A stretch of DNA of 50,620 nucleotides. Origin: Tortispora ganteri (lineage: Eukaryota). The stretch lies in the NCBI GenBank assembly GCA_003707115.1, contig PPNB01000040.1, forward strand, positions 1 to 50,620. The letters are read 5' to 3'. The stretch's first letter is position 1. The number at the start of each line of letters is the position of its first letter. The position numbers and the translations under genes are program-made. Below, one piece after another: positions 1-10,150 of the stretch. Below the pieces are notes generated by a model. It was given only the letters and a program-made list of their open reading frames with translations, did not search any database and was not told the DNA's origin.

Positions 1-105
1 GTCGGTGTTCCCTACTCGCTTGCTGTGCTAGGTGACGCCGACCCCAGCGCCATGATGGACCCACAGGCGCAGCTTGCTGGTGAAGGCGTGCTACCGCCGC
101 AATAA
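1..105 (+). CDS. 3' end of an unidentified CDS entering from the left edge (VGVPYSLAVLGDADPSAMMDPQAQLAGEGVLPPQ*)
   Basis: Frame 1 is open from base 1 to TAA at 103-105. It is GC-rich and coding-like, followed by AT-rich terminator-like sequence. Confidence 0.5.
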   Translation, partial: VGVPYSLAVLGDADPSAMMDPQAQLAGEGVLPPQ

Positions 106-230
106 TGTACATATGAATCAAATTTTCTAGCGAAATATGTAGTATGAATAATAGACGTAGACAAGTTGTTAGTATTACAAATTCTGACCTGTAGTTCTGC
201 TTTTCTTCCCTGGGATCTAGCTTTCGATCA

Positions 231-1310
231 ATGGACGGTTTGCTGGCAATAAATAAACCGGTCGGGATTTCATCCGCCGAGTGCGTCTCTCAAGTGCAAC
301 GTGCTCTTAGCAGAACGAGTATATGGAAAAATGAGTATCAGCGATTGTTACAGACGGAGAAAAGCCCACAGTTGCAGAAGAAATTGCGTCGCACTAAAGG
401 TCGCATAAAAATTGGACACGGCGGCACGCTCGATCTGCAGGCGAGCGGCGTATTGGTGCTTGGAATTAACAGGGGCACAAAAAAGCTGCAAGATTTTTTA
501 TTATCGACAAAGACATACGAAACTGTCGCTTTGCTGGGCTGCTCTACGGACACTTATGACATGGAAGGCCGACTGATCAAGATCGGTGAGGACCCGTCGA
601 ACTGTACTAACGAGCAGATCGAGCAGGTACTGCAGCAGTTCAGAGGAACTATCAAGCAGATGCCGCCTCTATTTTCAGCATTAAAAATGAACGGTAAACC
701 GCTTTATGAGTATGCCAGATCAGGCAAGTCACTGCCGCGGGATATTCAGGCGCGAACTGCTACGATCAGCGCCCTCGAGATGACCGAAGGTATGGCCTGG
801 GACCATGAGTACCCGCTGCCGCACACAATGGCGGACAAGGCCATGATCCATTTCGAAGAAGTCTTGCGTGAAAGGCTGCAGAAAGCGCAACAGGACGAGC
901 CAGAAGAGAACGAAAACGAAAACGAAAACGAGAATGAGAAGCCTACACTGAAAAGATCGGCTTCTGACGATAGAGAGGCCAAGCGGCCAGCATTAGATCC
1001 TAATGTCGAGAAGAATAATTCAGCCAGCGACGTGAATCAAATAGAAACACCTGAAAAGGTCGACATTCCGTTCAAGTGCCCTGTAATCAAACTGTCGGCT
1101 ACAGTGTCGTCAGGCGTGTATATCCGTTCGCTGGTGAATGAAATAGGGTACACGCTCGGAACGGAGGCTTTTATTTCAAAATTGACAAGGACACGCTGTA
1201 AACAATGGGAGCTAGGCAAGAACGTGTTTGAACTCGATCGTATTGCTAATCAGCCAGAAGAACAATGGCTCGACGAAGTTCTCCAAACGCTTAAACAATC
1301 TATGGAATGA
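231..1310 (+). CDS. PUS4: tRNA pseudouridine-55 synthase (TruB family)
   Basis: Motifs GLLAINKPVGISS, KIGHGGTLD (catalytic Asp), QMPPLFSALKMNGKPLYEYAR and VSSGVYIRSL. Confidence 0.95.
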   Translation: MDGLLAINKPVGISSAECVSQVQRALSRTSIWKNEYQRLLQTEKSPQLQKKLRRTKGRIKIGHGGTLDLQASGVLVLGINRGTKKLQDFLLSTKTYETVALLGCSTDTYDMEGRLIKIGEDPSNCTNEQIEQVLQQFRGTIKQMPPLFSALKMNGKPLYEYARSGKSLPRDIQARTATISALEMTEGMAWDHEYPLPHTMADKAMIHFEEVLRERLQKAQQDEPEENENENENENEKPTLKRSASDDREAKRPALDPNVEKNNSASDVNQIETPEKVDIPFKCPVIKLSATVSSGVYIRSLVNEIGYTLGTEAFISKLTRTRCKQWELGKNVFELDRIANQPEEQWLDEVLQTLKQSME

Positions 1311-1661
1311 TCAGTCCTGTAACAATTGTTCACGTTGTTGCTCCTGTTCTCGCTCTAAATCTATCTCTGCTATTCTATCCAGTAGGCTTTTCTTTGTAGG
1401 ATTTTGCGATTTAGGTACCAATTTTACCTTTTGCAGGCGAATTCTCTGTCTGCTGCGTCCAATCACGTTGGCGTTGTCGTCTAGAAACACCTCTGTCCCG
1501 GTGAGATCTTCCCATCGTCCCTGGTAGACAGTGTCGCCTATTTGAATTATTGGAATATCTTCATCTAGCTTATACAGCTTCACATGAGGCTCTTCAAAGT
1601 CATCCAGACTGAGTTCTGAGGCGATATTCATGCCTATGTACATTTTAGTGCGCGCTGCCAT
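1311..1661 (-). CDS. Small TFIIIC subunit (TFIIIC_sub6 domain; Sfc7/GTF3C6/Tfc7 C-terminal-like)
   Basis: LDEDIPIIQIGDTVYQGRWEDLTGTEVFL resembles the TFIIIC_sub6 signature. First ATG at 1661 (MAARTK), 116 aa. Confidence 0.65.
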   Translation of the reverse strand: MAARTKMYIGMNIASELSLDDFEEPHVKLYKLDEDIPIIQIGDTVYQGRWEDLTGTEVFLDDNANVIGRSRQRIRLQKVKLVPKSQNPTKKSLLDRIAEIDLEREQEQQREQLLQD

Positions 1662-1803
1662 AATGATTATGTAGTTGTCAGAATCCACGGGTCTGGCAGA
1701 AACTCTAAACTCCCAAATCTTCCGAAAAAGGAAACTTCGCAAAGAAAAAAAAAATACCTTCGATTTTCACTGCACTGTGATTTTGTTCTGCTTCATTGAC
1801 GTA

Positions 1804-4800
1804 ATGACAAGTGAAAAGCGTAAACAAACAGATGCAAGTTCATCATCTCTCCTGTCTAAAGGTGATTCAGAGTTGTTCCCCCGTGGTGGAGGCTCTATCT
1901 TGACGCCGCTCGAGCACAAACAGGCAGTAAATGAAGCAGCCGTTGAGCTGCAGCAGGAAGACTCTCTTCAAACATCTTCTCCTTTGAATAAACGCAGACG
2001 TATATCCAAGAAGAAGTCAGAGAATTCTGTAATACTTAAAACACAGGCATCTCCCAAATCACTCACCTTTAAATCCATAGAACCAGGTATGTACCTTTTG
2101 GGTCTTGTTGCAGAGATCTCTTCCTCAGAGATCTTGCTTTCTTTCGCTAATGGTTTATCCGGCACCGTGAAGCTCACAGCTGTTTCTAATGCTCTTTCAC
2201 AATCTTTACAGAATATGCTTGAAGATCCAGAAGATTCAGACAGTCCTTCAACTGAAGATCTGTTTAGGATTGGACAGCCTTTGCGCGTTCGCGTAGAATC
2301 TGTGACGACTGATTCTAAGAAACGAATCGTATGTACTACTGAACCACAGGCAGCCAATGGGAATATGTCTCTGCGCGATCTTGTTCCTGGAGCCATTGTA
2401 CAAGTGTCTGTGAAAAGCATAGAGGATCGCGGTGTGCTACTAGACATAGGTATATCTAATGCGTCTGGTTTTCTAACTACCGGCGAGCTCTACAATTACC
2501 ACATCAATCCTGTCCCCGGCATGGTGCTTTTAGCAAGAGTATCTAAGAAACCAACTAGTGCAGGCGTCGTCAGATTCTCTCTCGATCTATCCGCGTCCAA
2601 AACTTTCGCCTCAGATATCACTTCAGCCGATTCTCTTCTGCCTGGCTCACCGGCATACGTGCTTATCACCAACGCCATGATATCTGGAATTACAGGGCTC
2701 GTAATGGGTACTGTACCCGCTACCGCCGATCTGTTCCATGTCGGAGAACCGTCTGCCGCATACATTCAAAGCAAGTTCACAGAAGGCGAGACCATACCTG
2801 CCAGAGTTATAGCTACTTATATAAATTCTCACGGCTCGGTCAGCTTGATGGTCTCTTTCCTCGATCACCTCGTCGAACTCTGCACACCATCGAGCGCCAA
2901 CGATAACACAATGATTTCCACGTTCCCTATTGGCCATATTTTCGATGCAGCAAAAGTAGTTTACTCCAACAGCAACCTTGGTCTCTTTCTGGACACTAAT
3001 ACCAGCAATCTCGGGTTTGTGCACATCTCTCGTGTCTCTGTCGATCGCATAGATGATGTAACCAGCGAAAAAAGCCCTTACAGGCCGGGAACAGTGCACC
3101 GTGCCAGACTCATGAATTACTCGTTGCTCGATGGCCAGTACACTCTCTCCATGGAAGCCTCTATCCTTGAGCGCCAGTTTATTACCGTCGATCAGGTACC
3201 AATTGGCGCGGTTGTGAAATGCAAAATAGGAAAATTCACGTCCAACGGCGGTTTGCTAGTCACATTCGACGACGGTTTTTTTACTGGATTTGTTCCTTCA
3301 ACACAGCTCTCTGACGCCAAGCTGTTGTTCCCAGAAAAGAAGTTCCAGGAAGGACTCAATATGAAAGCCAGAGTTCTTTCTGTGGACCAAAAGAGGAACC
3401 AGGTCACATTGACACTCAAAAACTCAATCATAAATTTCAATGATCATATCATTGCTTCATATGCTGATGCAGATGTGGGTCGAAAATGTCCTGCTACAAT
3501 TGTATCACTTTCTAAGACAGGCGCTATTGTCAATCTCTTTAACAAACTCAAGGCGTTTTTGCCTATTTCTGAAATGACTGAGGCATACATTTCTGATCCC
3601 TCTGAACACTTCTATGTTGGGCAGACCGTCTTTGTATACGTTCTCTCTGCCGACGAAGAAGAATCGCGTATAGTTGTCAGCTGTAGACCTCCTTCAGACG
3701 ACTCTGACAACCACATTAAGTCATTCGAAGCCATAAAGACGTCGAGCTTGGTCAATGCGACGGTAATTGAAAAGACACAAAACGAAATTATTCTCGATAT
3801 CGATCCGACAGGTGTCAGAGCCATCCTGCCATTAGGACAACTCTCCGATGACTCGACAGAACGAAACAGACCTTTAATGAAGACGTATAAGGTCGGATCC
3901 ACAATCAAGAACCTCCTTGTTCTCTCAAAAGATCAAAAACGACTTACCGTAACATTGTCGCTGAAGAAATCATTGATTTTAGCCGCTAAGAAAGGCGCAT
4001 TCCCTCAGAACATTACCGAAATCACTACTGGCCAGACATATCACGGATACATTGCAAATGTAACACCAGTTGGTATTTTCATTTCATTTGGTGATGGTTT
4101 GACCGGTTTAGCAGGAAAAGATTATCTCTCTACCGAGAAATTTTCAGATCCATCTGAGCTGTTTTACCCTACGCAGTCTGTAGCTGCTCGTGTTACGAAT
4201 ATAGACATTGCAAAAGGACGTTTCTTCTTATCGCTTCTGGAGAATGACAAGCCGGCAATGGTATCAAAGCCAGTAAAGAACCCCGCTGACAATATTTCCA
4301 TGTCTAAAGACGACTATATCTTTGGGTACAAAACCAAATGCAAGGTTGTCACGGTCAAAAACACGCAGTTGAACGTCAAACTTGCCGATAATTTGCAAGG
4401 TCGCATAGACATGTCGGAAATCTACGACTCATACGAAGATATCCCTGACCCGAAGAATGTTCTGTCTGTGTTCAAACGAGGAGACACTTTAGACGTCAGA
4501 GTAATCGGCTCTCACCAGGCGAAAACACACAATTACCTTGCAATCACCCGAACGGATCTCGGAAACTCTGACATTCTCGAGTTAAGTATGCGTAAGAGCG
4601 TACTGAAAGCAAAAGAAGTGCCGGCAGCATTGAGAATTGCCGATATCTCACCTAATTCCATGCTGACTGGCTATGTAAATAGCACGTCGACTGAATTTTC
4701 GTGGGTGAATGCTTCACCCGCCATAAAAGGCCGACTCGACGTTCTGGAATCTGTTGATACGTTGCCAGAAGTGCAAGAATTCGTTAAGTCTCACCCAATA

Positions 4801-6780
4801 GGATCTGCTATTAAGGTGTCTGTCTTGAATGTCGACCACGGTACAGGAGAGATTAACTTCACAGCCAAGAAGAACGCTTTGCGCGAACTTTCGGATCTTT
4901 CAATTGGCCAGATTCTTCCTGCTCGTGTCCTGAAAAGAGTATCTAATGGACTGCTTGTGCGTGTGAGCAGTAGAATCACAGGAATAGTTCCGCTGACTGA
5001 CTTAAATGACGATTTCTCAAATGCTAAGCTTGAGGACTATTCTTCAGGACAGTATGTGAACGTTTCTGTGACTGTTATAGACAAGTCCAACAAGAAAGTC
5101 TATTTTAGCATGCGTAAAAGCACGCTAGACAGCGGTAATATCAAGGAAATAGTGGATCGTGTTATTGCAAATGCTGCAGATATCAAGAGCGGCGATGTTG
5201 TCCGCGGATACGTCACAAATGTTGCAGCACAAGGGCTATTCGTTATGCTAGGTCTGAACATTACAGCTCGCGTAAAGATCACTAATTTGTCGGATTCATT
5301 TCTGAAAGATTGGAAAAAGCACTTTACTGTGGGACAATTAGTGCAGGGAAGGATCCTCAGTGTCGACCATAATCCTCTCAAGATTGAGCTATCCTTGAAA
5401 GAGAGTGCACTCACCTCTACGGAAATTGGTGGACTATCTTTTGAAGATATTGATGAAGGAGATATTTTTTCAGGCGTTGTTTCTCGCGTTGAAGAATACG
5501 GTGCGTTTATCAAGCTGGACGGCACTACCAATGTCTCTGGACTTTGTCATCGCAGCCATATGGCTGATACGCCGGTTGAGGATGCTAGAAAGTTATTTGC
5601 GCCTGGCGACAAGGTAAAGGTCAAAATTCTCAGTAAGAACTTAGAGAAGAAGCAGCTGTCTCTAGGCATGAATGCTTCCCTGTTTGACGAGAAGAATGAG
5701 AGCTCTGAAGAGGACGATTTAATGGAAATTGACGAAGAAGATGTCAATGAAGAAAATACCGGCAGTTCAGAAGAAGAAGAAGAAGAAAAAGAAGAAAAAG
5801 AAGAAGAAGAAAAAGAAGAAGAGGTATCGTCGGAGAGCGAACCTGAGAGCGAACTTGAACCAGTTAAAGACGATGAAGAGAAATCTGCCGGTACACAGTT
5901 TCTAGACGCTGGAGGATTTGACTGGTCTGCCGGCTTTGAACAAGAAGAAGAAAGCGAAGAGGAAGACGTAGTTGATACTGAAAAGACGAAATCCAAGCGC
6001 AAGAAAAAAGTTGTGCGAGATATAACTGGCGAAATGCAGACCAAGATGCCGGAATCAGTACAAGATTTTGAACGGCTGCTTTTGACTTCACCGAACTCAT
6101 CGCTGATGTGGATTAATTATATGGCGTTTGAATTGAATTTGTCAGAGGTCGATAAGGCACGCGATATTGGTAAACGTGCGCTTGAGACTATTTCTTACCG
6201 CGAAGAGGATGAAAAGCTGAACGTGTGGGTAGCACTGTTGAATCTAGAAGTTTCCTTTGGAAGTGTTGAATCTACCGAGGAGACGTTCAAGCGGGCATGT
6301 CAGTACGCCGATGCAGAGAAGGTATATGAGCGAATGATCATGATCTATACGAGCAGTGAGAAGTATGAGGATGCCGAAAGATTGTACGAGAAGCTTGTGA
6401 AGAAATTTGGAGACAAAGTGAAGCACTGGGCTAACTACGCCAAATTTTTGAGCGTGACGTTGAACAAGAAGGAAGAAAGTCGTGCGCTTCTTGCGAGATC
6501 GATACAAGCGTTACCGAAACGGGCGCATATTGAGGTCACTGAGAAATTTGCAAAACTTGAGTTTCAAAATGGCACAGTTGAGCGTGGTAGGACACTATTT
6601 GAAGGATTAGTGGCATCGTACCCGAAGAAAGTGGATATCTGGAACGTTTACCTGGATCAGGAGCTGCGTGTAGGCGATAAAGATGTGATCAATAGACTTT
6701 TTGACCGCGTTGAAAGTGTTAAGTTGTCGCCTAAACAGAAGCAATACTTTATGAAGAAGAGGGCATCAGCGGGGTTATGA
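1804..6780 (+). CDS. RRP5: rRNA biogenesis protein Rrp5 (S1 repeats plus C-terminal HAT/TPR repeats)
   Basis: N-terminal FPRGGGSILTPLE, many S1 repeats, an acidic linker, then DFERLLLTSPNSSLMWINYMAF and REEDEKLNVWVALLNLE. First ATG at 1804. Confidence 0.97.
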   Translation: MTSEKRKQTDASSSSLLSKGDSELFPRGGGSILTPLEHKQAVNEAAVELQQEDSLQTSSPLNKRRRISKKKSENSVILKTQASPKSLTFKSIEPGMYLLGLVAEISSSEILLSFANGLSGTVKLTAVSNALSQSLQNMLEDPEDSDSPSTEDLFRIGQPLRVRVESVTTDSKKRIVCTTEPQAANGNMSLRDLVPGAIVQVSVKSIEDRGVLLDIGISNASGFLTTGELYNYHINPVPGMVLLARVSKKPTSAGVVRFSLDLSASKTFASDITSADSLLPGSPAYVLITNAMISGITGLVMGTVPATADLFHVGEPSAAYIQSKFTEGETIPARVIATYINSHGSVSLMVSFLDHLVELCTPSSANDNTMISTFPIGHIFDAAKVVYSNSNLGLFLDTNTSNLGFVHISRVSVDRIDDVTSEKSPYRPGTVHRARLMNYSLLDGQYTLSMEASILERQFITVDQVPIGAVVKCKIGKFTSNGGLLVTFDDGFFTGFVPSTQLSDAKLLFPEKKFQEGLNMKARVLSVDQKRNQVTLTLKNSIINFNDHIIASYADADVGRKCPATIVSLSKTGAIVNLFNKLKAFLPISEMTEAYISDPSEHFYVGQTVFVYVLSADEEESRIVVSCRPPSDDSDNHIKSFEAIKTSSLVNATVIEKTQNEIILDIDPTGVRAILPLGQLSDDSTERNRPLMKTYKVGSTIKNLLVLSKDQKRLTVTLSLKKSLILAAKKGAFPQNITEITTGQTYHGYIANVTPVGIFISFGDGLTGLAGKDYLSTEKFSDPSELFYPTQSVAARVTNIDIAKGRFFLSLLENDKPAMVSKPVKNPADNISMSKDDYIFGYKTKCKVVTVKNTQLNVKLADNLQGRIDMSEIYDSYEDIPDPKNVLSVFKRGDTLDVRVIGSHQAKTHNYLAITRTDLGNSDILELSMRKSVLKAKEVPAALRIADISPNSMLTGYVNSTSTEFSWVNASPAIKGRLDVLESVDTLPEVQEFVKSHPIGSAIKVSVLNVDHGTGEINFTAKKNALRELSDLSIGQILPARVLKRVSNGLLVRVSSRITGIVPLTDLNDDFSNAKLEDYSSGQYVNVSVTVIDKSNKKVYFSMRKSTLDSGNIKEIVDRVIANAADIKSGDVVRGYVTNVAAQGLFVMLGLNITARVKITNLSDSFLKDWKKHFTVGQLVQGRILSVDHNPLKIELSLKESALTSTEIGGLSFEDIDEGDIFSGVVSRVEEYGAFIKLDGTTNVSGLCHRSHMADTPVEDARKLFAPGDKVKVKILSKNLEKKQLSLGMNASLFDEKNESSEEDDLMEIDEEDVNEENTGSSEEEEEEKEEKEEEEKEEEVSSESEPESELEPVKDDEEKSAGTQFLDAGGFDWSAGFEQEEESEEEDVVDTEKTKSKRKKKVVRDITGEMQTKMPESVQDFERLLLTSPNSSLMWINYMAFELNLSEVDKARDIGKRALETISYREEDEKLNVWVALLNLEVSFGSVESTEETFKRACQYADAEKVYERMIMIYTSSEKYEDAERLYEKLVKKFGDKVKHWANYAKFLSVTLNKKEESRALLARSIQALPKRAHIEVTEKFAKLEFQNGTVERGRTLFEGLVASYPKKVDIWNVYLDQELRVGDKDVINRLFDRVESVKLSPKQKQYFMKKRASAGL

Positions 6781-7104
6781 TATAGACATGTTCTTTAGAT
6801 CTTGAATGATATCTTTATGCAATTTCTTATTTCTTAGTAGTCTAGAACTTTTTACTGAGAATTTAGCATGTTTATGCAACGATATATGTAATGTACGTTT
6901 TCGTGGACGTTCTAGCGCGTAATATCCAGCAATGATAGCGGCAAGTTTACGGTCCCGTAATGATCCTTGCACTATTGTACTGTCTATATCCAAAAATTGT
7001 TCAAGTGCTAAAAGAGAAGCATTAGTATTATCTGTAGGTAATTTTGCATGCCTTTTTTGGTTCAATAAATGACACAATTTACAGATCAGATCGTCTTCCT
7101 CCAT
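6775..7104 (-). CDS. Hypothetical basic protein, 109 aa
   Basis: ATG-initiated ORF (MEEDDLICKL...) filling the whole RRP5-RRI1 interval in AT-rich DNA. No family recognised. Confidence 0.5.
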   Translation of the reverse strand: MEEDDLICKLCHLLNQKRHAKLPTDNTNASLLALEQFLDIDSTIVQGSLRDRKLAAIIAGYYALERPRKRTLHISLHKHAKFSVKSSRLLRNKKLHKDIIQDLKNMSIS

Positions 7105-7184
7105 AATATGGGGGGGTGAACGGTAAATGGCAGGGTGGGAGTCACCCTCCCCCACACAGATAACATAATACTAACGACATTATT

Positions 7185-8066
7185 ATGGATCAGCAGTACT
7201 ATAAATACGTACGTATATCAATACATGCGGCAATGAAAATGGCAGAACATGCAATAGATGGAGGTACGCTTGAAATTATGGGTATGCTTATTGGCGAGGT
7301 TCGAGATCGGACATTTATAGTCAAAGACTCATTCCCTTTACCTGTCGTCGGAACAGAGACTAGAGTTAATCCACAGAACGAGGCTTATGAATATATGGTT
7401 CAATATATAGCTCATTATAACAGATCATCTACTCATGGAAATATTGTCGGATGGTATCACTCGCACCCGGGATATGGCTGTTGGCTGTCAGGTATTGATG
7501 TCGACACTCAAAGCCAGAATCAGGAGTTTCAAGATCCCTTCATTGCCATAGTCATTGACCCGACTAAGTCCCTTACAGACGGAAAACTCGATATTGGTGC
7601 ATTTAGAACAGTATCTATAAATTCACGTTCTATACACGATCAATCCGCTGATATGGGTATTTACAGCGATCGTTATTATTCCCTCACTGTGTCAATTGAC
7701 ACCACAATTGCACAACACCACACAGCGACTATAATAGACCGTCCTACTGTCGACTTATTGGTGTCTTTAAACCCTACTGTCGACACTTATAGCGAAATTT
7801 CCTGCCAAATGGACACTGTCGCCACCACACTTGCCAAACTGACCAAACCTGGCCCGCTAACCGCCCCACCAGCAGACAGCGTCAACAGGTTCCTGCCAAA
7901 GTCATACAAACCGCTTACTTATACCAAAGCAAACCCACGCGAAACCAACAGGTCCTGGCGCACACTCGCAGAATCGTCTACAATCCTCAACCTCAATTTA
8001 CAGTGCGCACAAAATTTCGAAACTGCTATGCGCGCAGCCTTACACACTTCACATGAAAATTCGTAA
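7185..8066 (+). CDS. RRI1: COP9 signalosome subunit 5 (JAMM deneddylase)
   Basis: EIMGML, PLPVVGTETRVN and the JAMM motif GWYHSHPGYGCWLSGIDVDTQ, followed by DPFIAIVIDP. Confidence 0.93.
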   Translation: MDQQYYKYVRISIHAAMKMAEHAIDGGTLEIMGMLIGEVRDRTFIVKDSFPLPVVGTETRVNPQNEAYEYMVQYIAHYNRSSTHGNIVGWYHSHPGYGCWLSGIDVDTQSQNQEFQDPFIAIVIDPTKSLTDGKLDIGAFRTVSINSRSIHDQSADMGIYSDRYYSLTVSIDTTIAQHHTATIIDRPTVDLLVSLNPTVDTYSEISCQMDTVATTLAKLTKPGPLTAPPADSVNRFLPKSYKPLTYTKANPRETNRSWRTLAESSTILNLNLQCAQNFETAMRAALHTSHENS

Positions 8067-8067
8067 T

Positions 8068-9576
8068 CTACAGCTCGTCTAACCGTCTTCTTGCATCATT
8101 CAGTCGACTAATAGTCTCCTCTTTCAGTAGGTATCGTGCAAAAAAGTCAACACCTAGCCCCGGTTGCGACCGAGCTAGCGCGTATCGCAGAGTCTGGAAT
8201 GCCGTCTTGTCCATACGGTTTCCCTGCTGTTTTAGACTCTTCTTGAGAAACGGTACAATGTTTTCGAAACTGTCGCACGTAACAGCTAGTTCAAGGACTA
8301 TTTTAGCTTGATTTATGTCTAAATTCCCGTTCTTTAGCTCGTTCAAATACATCTCAGACATCTCGGTGTCTTCCAGCGGCATCAACAAAGGCCGTACAGC
8401 GTGCGGAATGTCTGAAGTGACAGCCACCTCACCCTTCATGCGCTTCAGCATCGAATCCCACACCGAATCGCTATCAAACTCAAACCGGTATAGTGACGTA
8501 TCCGGGAACTGTTTGATTGTCTGCCGCCTCGCCTCGGGTATCAAATCCTGCCGCTGTGTGTCATCCGCGAGCCGCTCTGTCAGGTACAACCGATTCAAGT
8601 ACTGCAGCTTGTCTTCGTTCACTTGCGCCGTGCCTAAAGTTAGATGGTCTATTGAGAATCGTTCGGCCATTTCATTCAGCGAGAGCTTGTCGGACACAGA
8701 CTCGTCTTGCTGGAAGGTGTGTGGCGACCAGCCGAATAACGCGATGAAGTTTGCTAGCGCTTCCGGGAGGTATCCATGTTCACGATAAGATCGCACAGAT
8801 ATGTCTGCATTGCGCTTGGACAATTTGCCGCCGCCTTGTGCTAGAAGTGGTAGATGTATATAGTGCGGTTTTCGGAACCCTAACGCTTCTGCGAGGTAGA
8901 CGTGTCTGCTTGTTGACGGCAGCCATTCCTCGCCTCGCAGAACGTGCGAAATATTCATTTCGTGGTCATCAACTACAGACGCAAGATGATAGGTGGGCTG
9001 ACCGTCTGATTTTAGTAGTACGGGGTCATCGTACCGGCCTGTGCGCGGATCAGCGTGGCCCTGCGGCTGTATTCTGAGCGGCCGCTTTCCGTGGTCTCCT
9101 CTGAGCAGATCATACACTAACGGGTATGTATCTGGACTTTTGAGGCGCACTACATGCGGTCTGTTAGGGTCTGGAGGGTTCACCAGACAGTGTCGATCAT
9201 AGGAGCTTGAACTCGGTGGAACCATTTTGGCGGCCGAATCGCGTAGGTCATTGAGTCTATCGGGGGCGCAAGAGCAAAGGTACGCATGGCCGGACTGTAG
9301 CAGCGACTCAGCGGCTTGCCTGTATATGTGTGTACGTTCTGACTGGACAAAAATGTCGTCTATATCGAGATTGAGCCACTTTAGTTGGTCCAATATGTCG
9401 TTGACGGCGCCCGGGACGATCCTTGTTCTGTCAGTGTCGTCGATCCGCAGAATAAACCTACCGCGAGAGTGTCGCGCCAAAAACCAGTTGTACAGAGCAG
9501 TCCTTATGGAGCCCAGATGCAAAAACCCTGTAGGAGAGGGCGCGAACCTGGTCACTATTTTTGCTGGACAGGTCAT
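8068..9576 (-). CDS. MSE1: Mitochondrial (bacterial-type) glutamyl-tRNA synthetase
   Basis: TRFAPSPTGFLHLGS (HIGH-like), LRIDDTD, PTYHLASVVDDHEMNISHVLRGEEW and KLSKR (KMSKS-like). The true start may lie upstream. Confidence 0.93.
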   Translation of the reverse strand: MTCPAKIVTRFAPSPTGFLHLGSIRTALYNWFLARHSRGRFILRIDDTDRTRIVPGAVNDILDQLKWLNLDIDDIFVQSERTHIYRQAAESLLQSGHAYLCSCAPDRLNDLRDSAAKMVPPSSSSYDRHCLVNPPDPNRPHVVRLKSPDTYPLVYDLLRGDHGKRPLRIQPQGHADPRTGRYDDPVLLKSDGQPTYHLASVVDDHEMNISHVLRGEEWLPSTSRHVYLAEALGFRKPHYIHLPLLAQGGGKLSKRNADISVRSYREHGYLPEALANFIALFGWSPHTFQQDESVSDKLSLNEMAERFSIDHLTLGTAQVNEDKLQYLNRLYLTERLADDTQRQDLIPEARRQTIKQFPDTSLYRFEFDSDSVWDSMLKRMKGEVAVTSDIPHAVRPLLMPLEDTEMSEMYLNELKNGNLDINQAKIVLELAVTCDSFENIVPFLKKSLKQQGNRMDKTAFQTLRYALARSQPGLGVDFFARYLLKEETISRLNDARRRLDEL

Positions 9577-10150
9577 GGCTCCTCGAAGGGTCGGTGGAAG
9601 GTGAGTTCTAATCTGAGCGAGAGTGTGTGATTGGCTGGAATGAGAACTAGCAACAAATAAAGTCTCACAGTCGCCTGGCCAGCCAAGAGCCGTTATATGG
9701 CCAGAAACACTAGTATGATTCTGAACGCTCTATACGTGACTAGTATAAATAGCTAAACTGTTTGTTTTTGCTGCTTATCCGCTGCACAGGTCAAGGCCAG
9801 TTTTTTGCTTGCTAGCCGTTACGCTCCGAGGTGGGTAAATGGCCCAATTGGGTAATCAACTGCCGCATATCTTTTCCCACTTATCCAACAAGCTCCGACC
9901 AGTCAAAAGGTCAACATTACCGCTACCAACATCCAGCCAGCATTCTTGCTGTCAAATACCGAGGAAAAGATTTGTTAAAGAAAGCAGATTCAAGTTATTT
10001 AAACATCAAGGTATCTCTTATAAACCTCAAATAGGTCTAGATTTCTCTTCAAAGGATCGACGAGCAGCGTCCTGGTGATCTGCTAGCCTCAGTTTTACGT
10101 GCACCCGACTCTGCTTGTTTCAGGGCCTGGCTACTTAAGGCCAGCGAATA

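Noticed and set aside
7169..7196. TACTAAC and CAG around the RRI1 start suggesting an intron
   Set aside because: No good donor with an in-frame upstream ATG was found, and the unspliced MDQQYY start aligns with CSN5.
9831..10078. Short ORFs in the MSE1-DnaJ divergent spacer
   Set aside because: Under 80 aa, mutually overlapping and without recognisable features.
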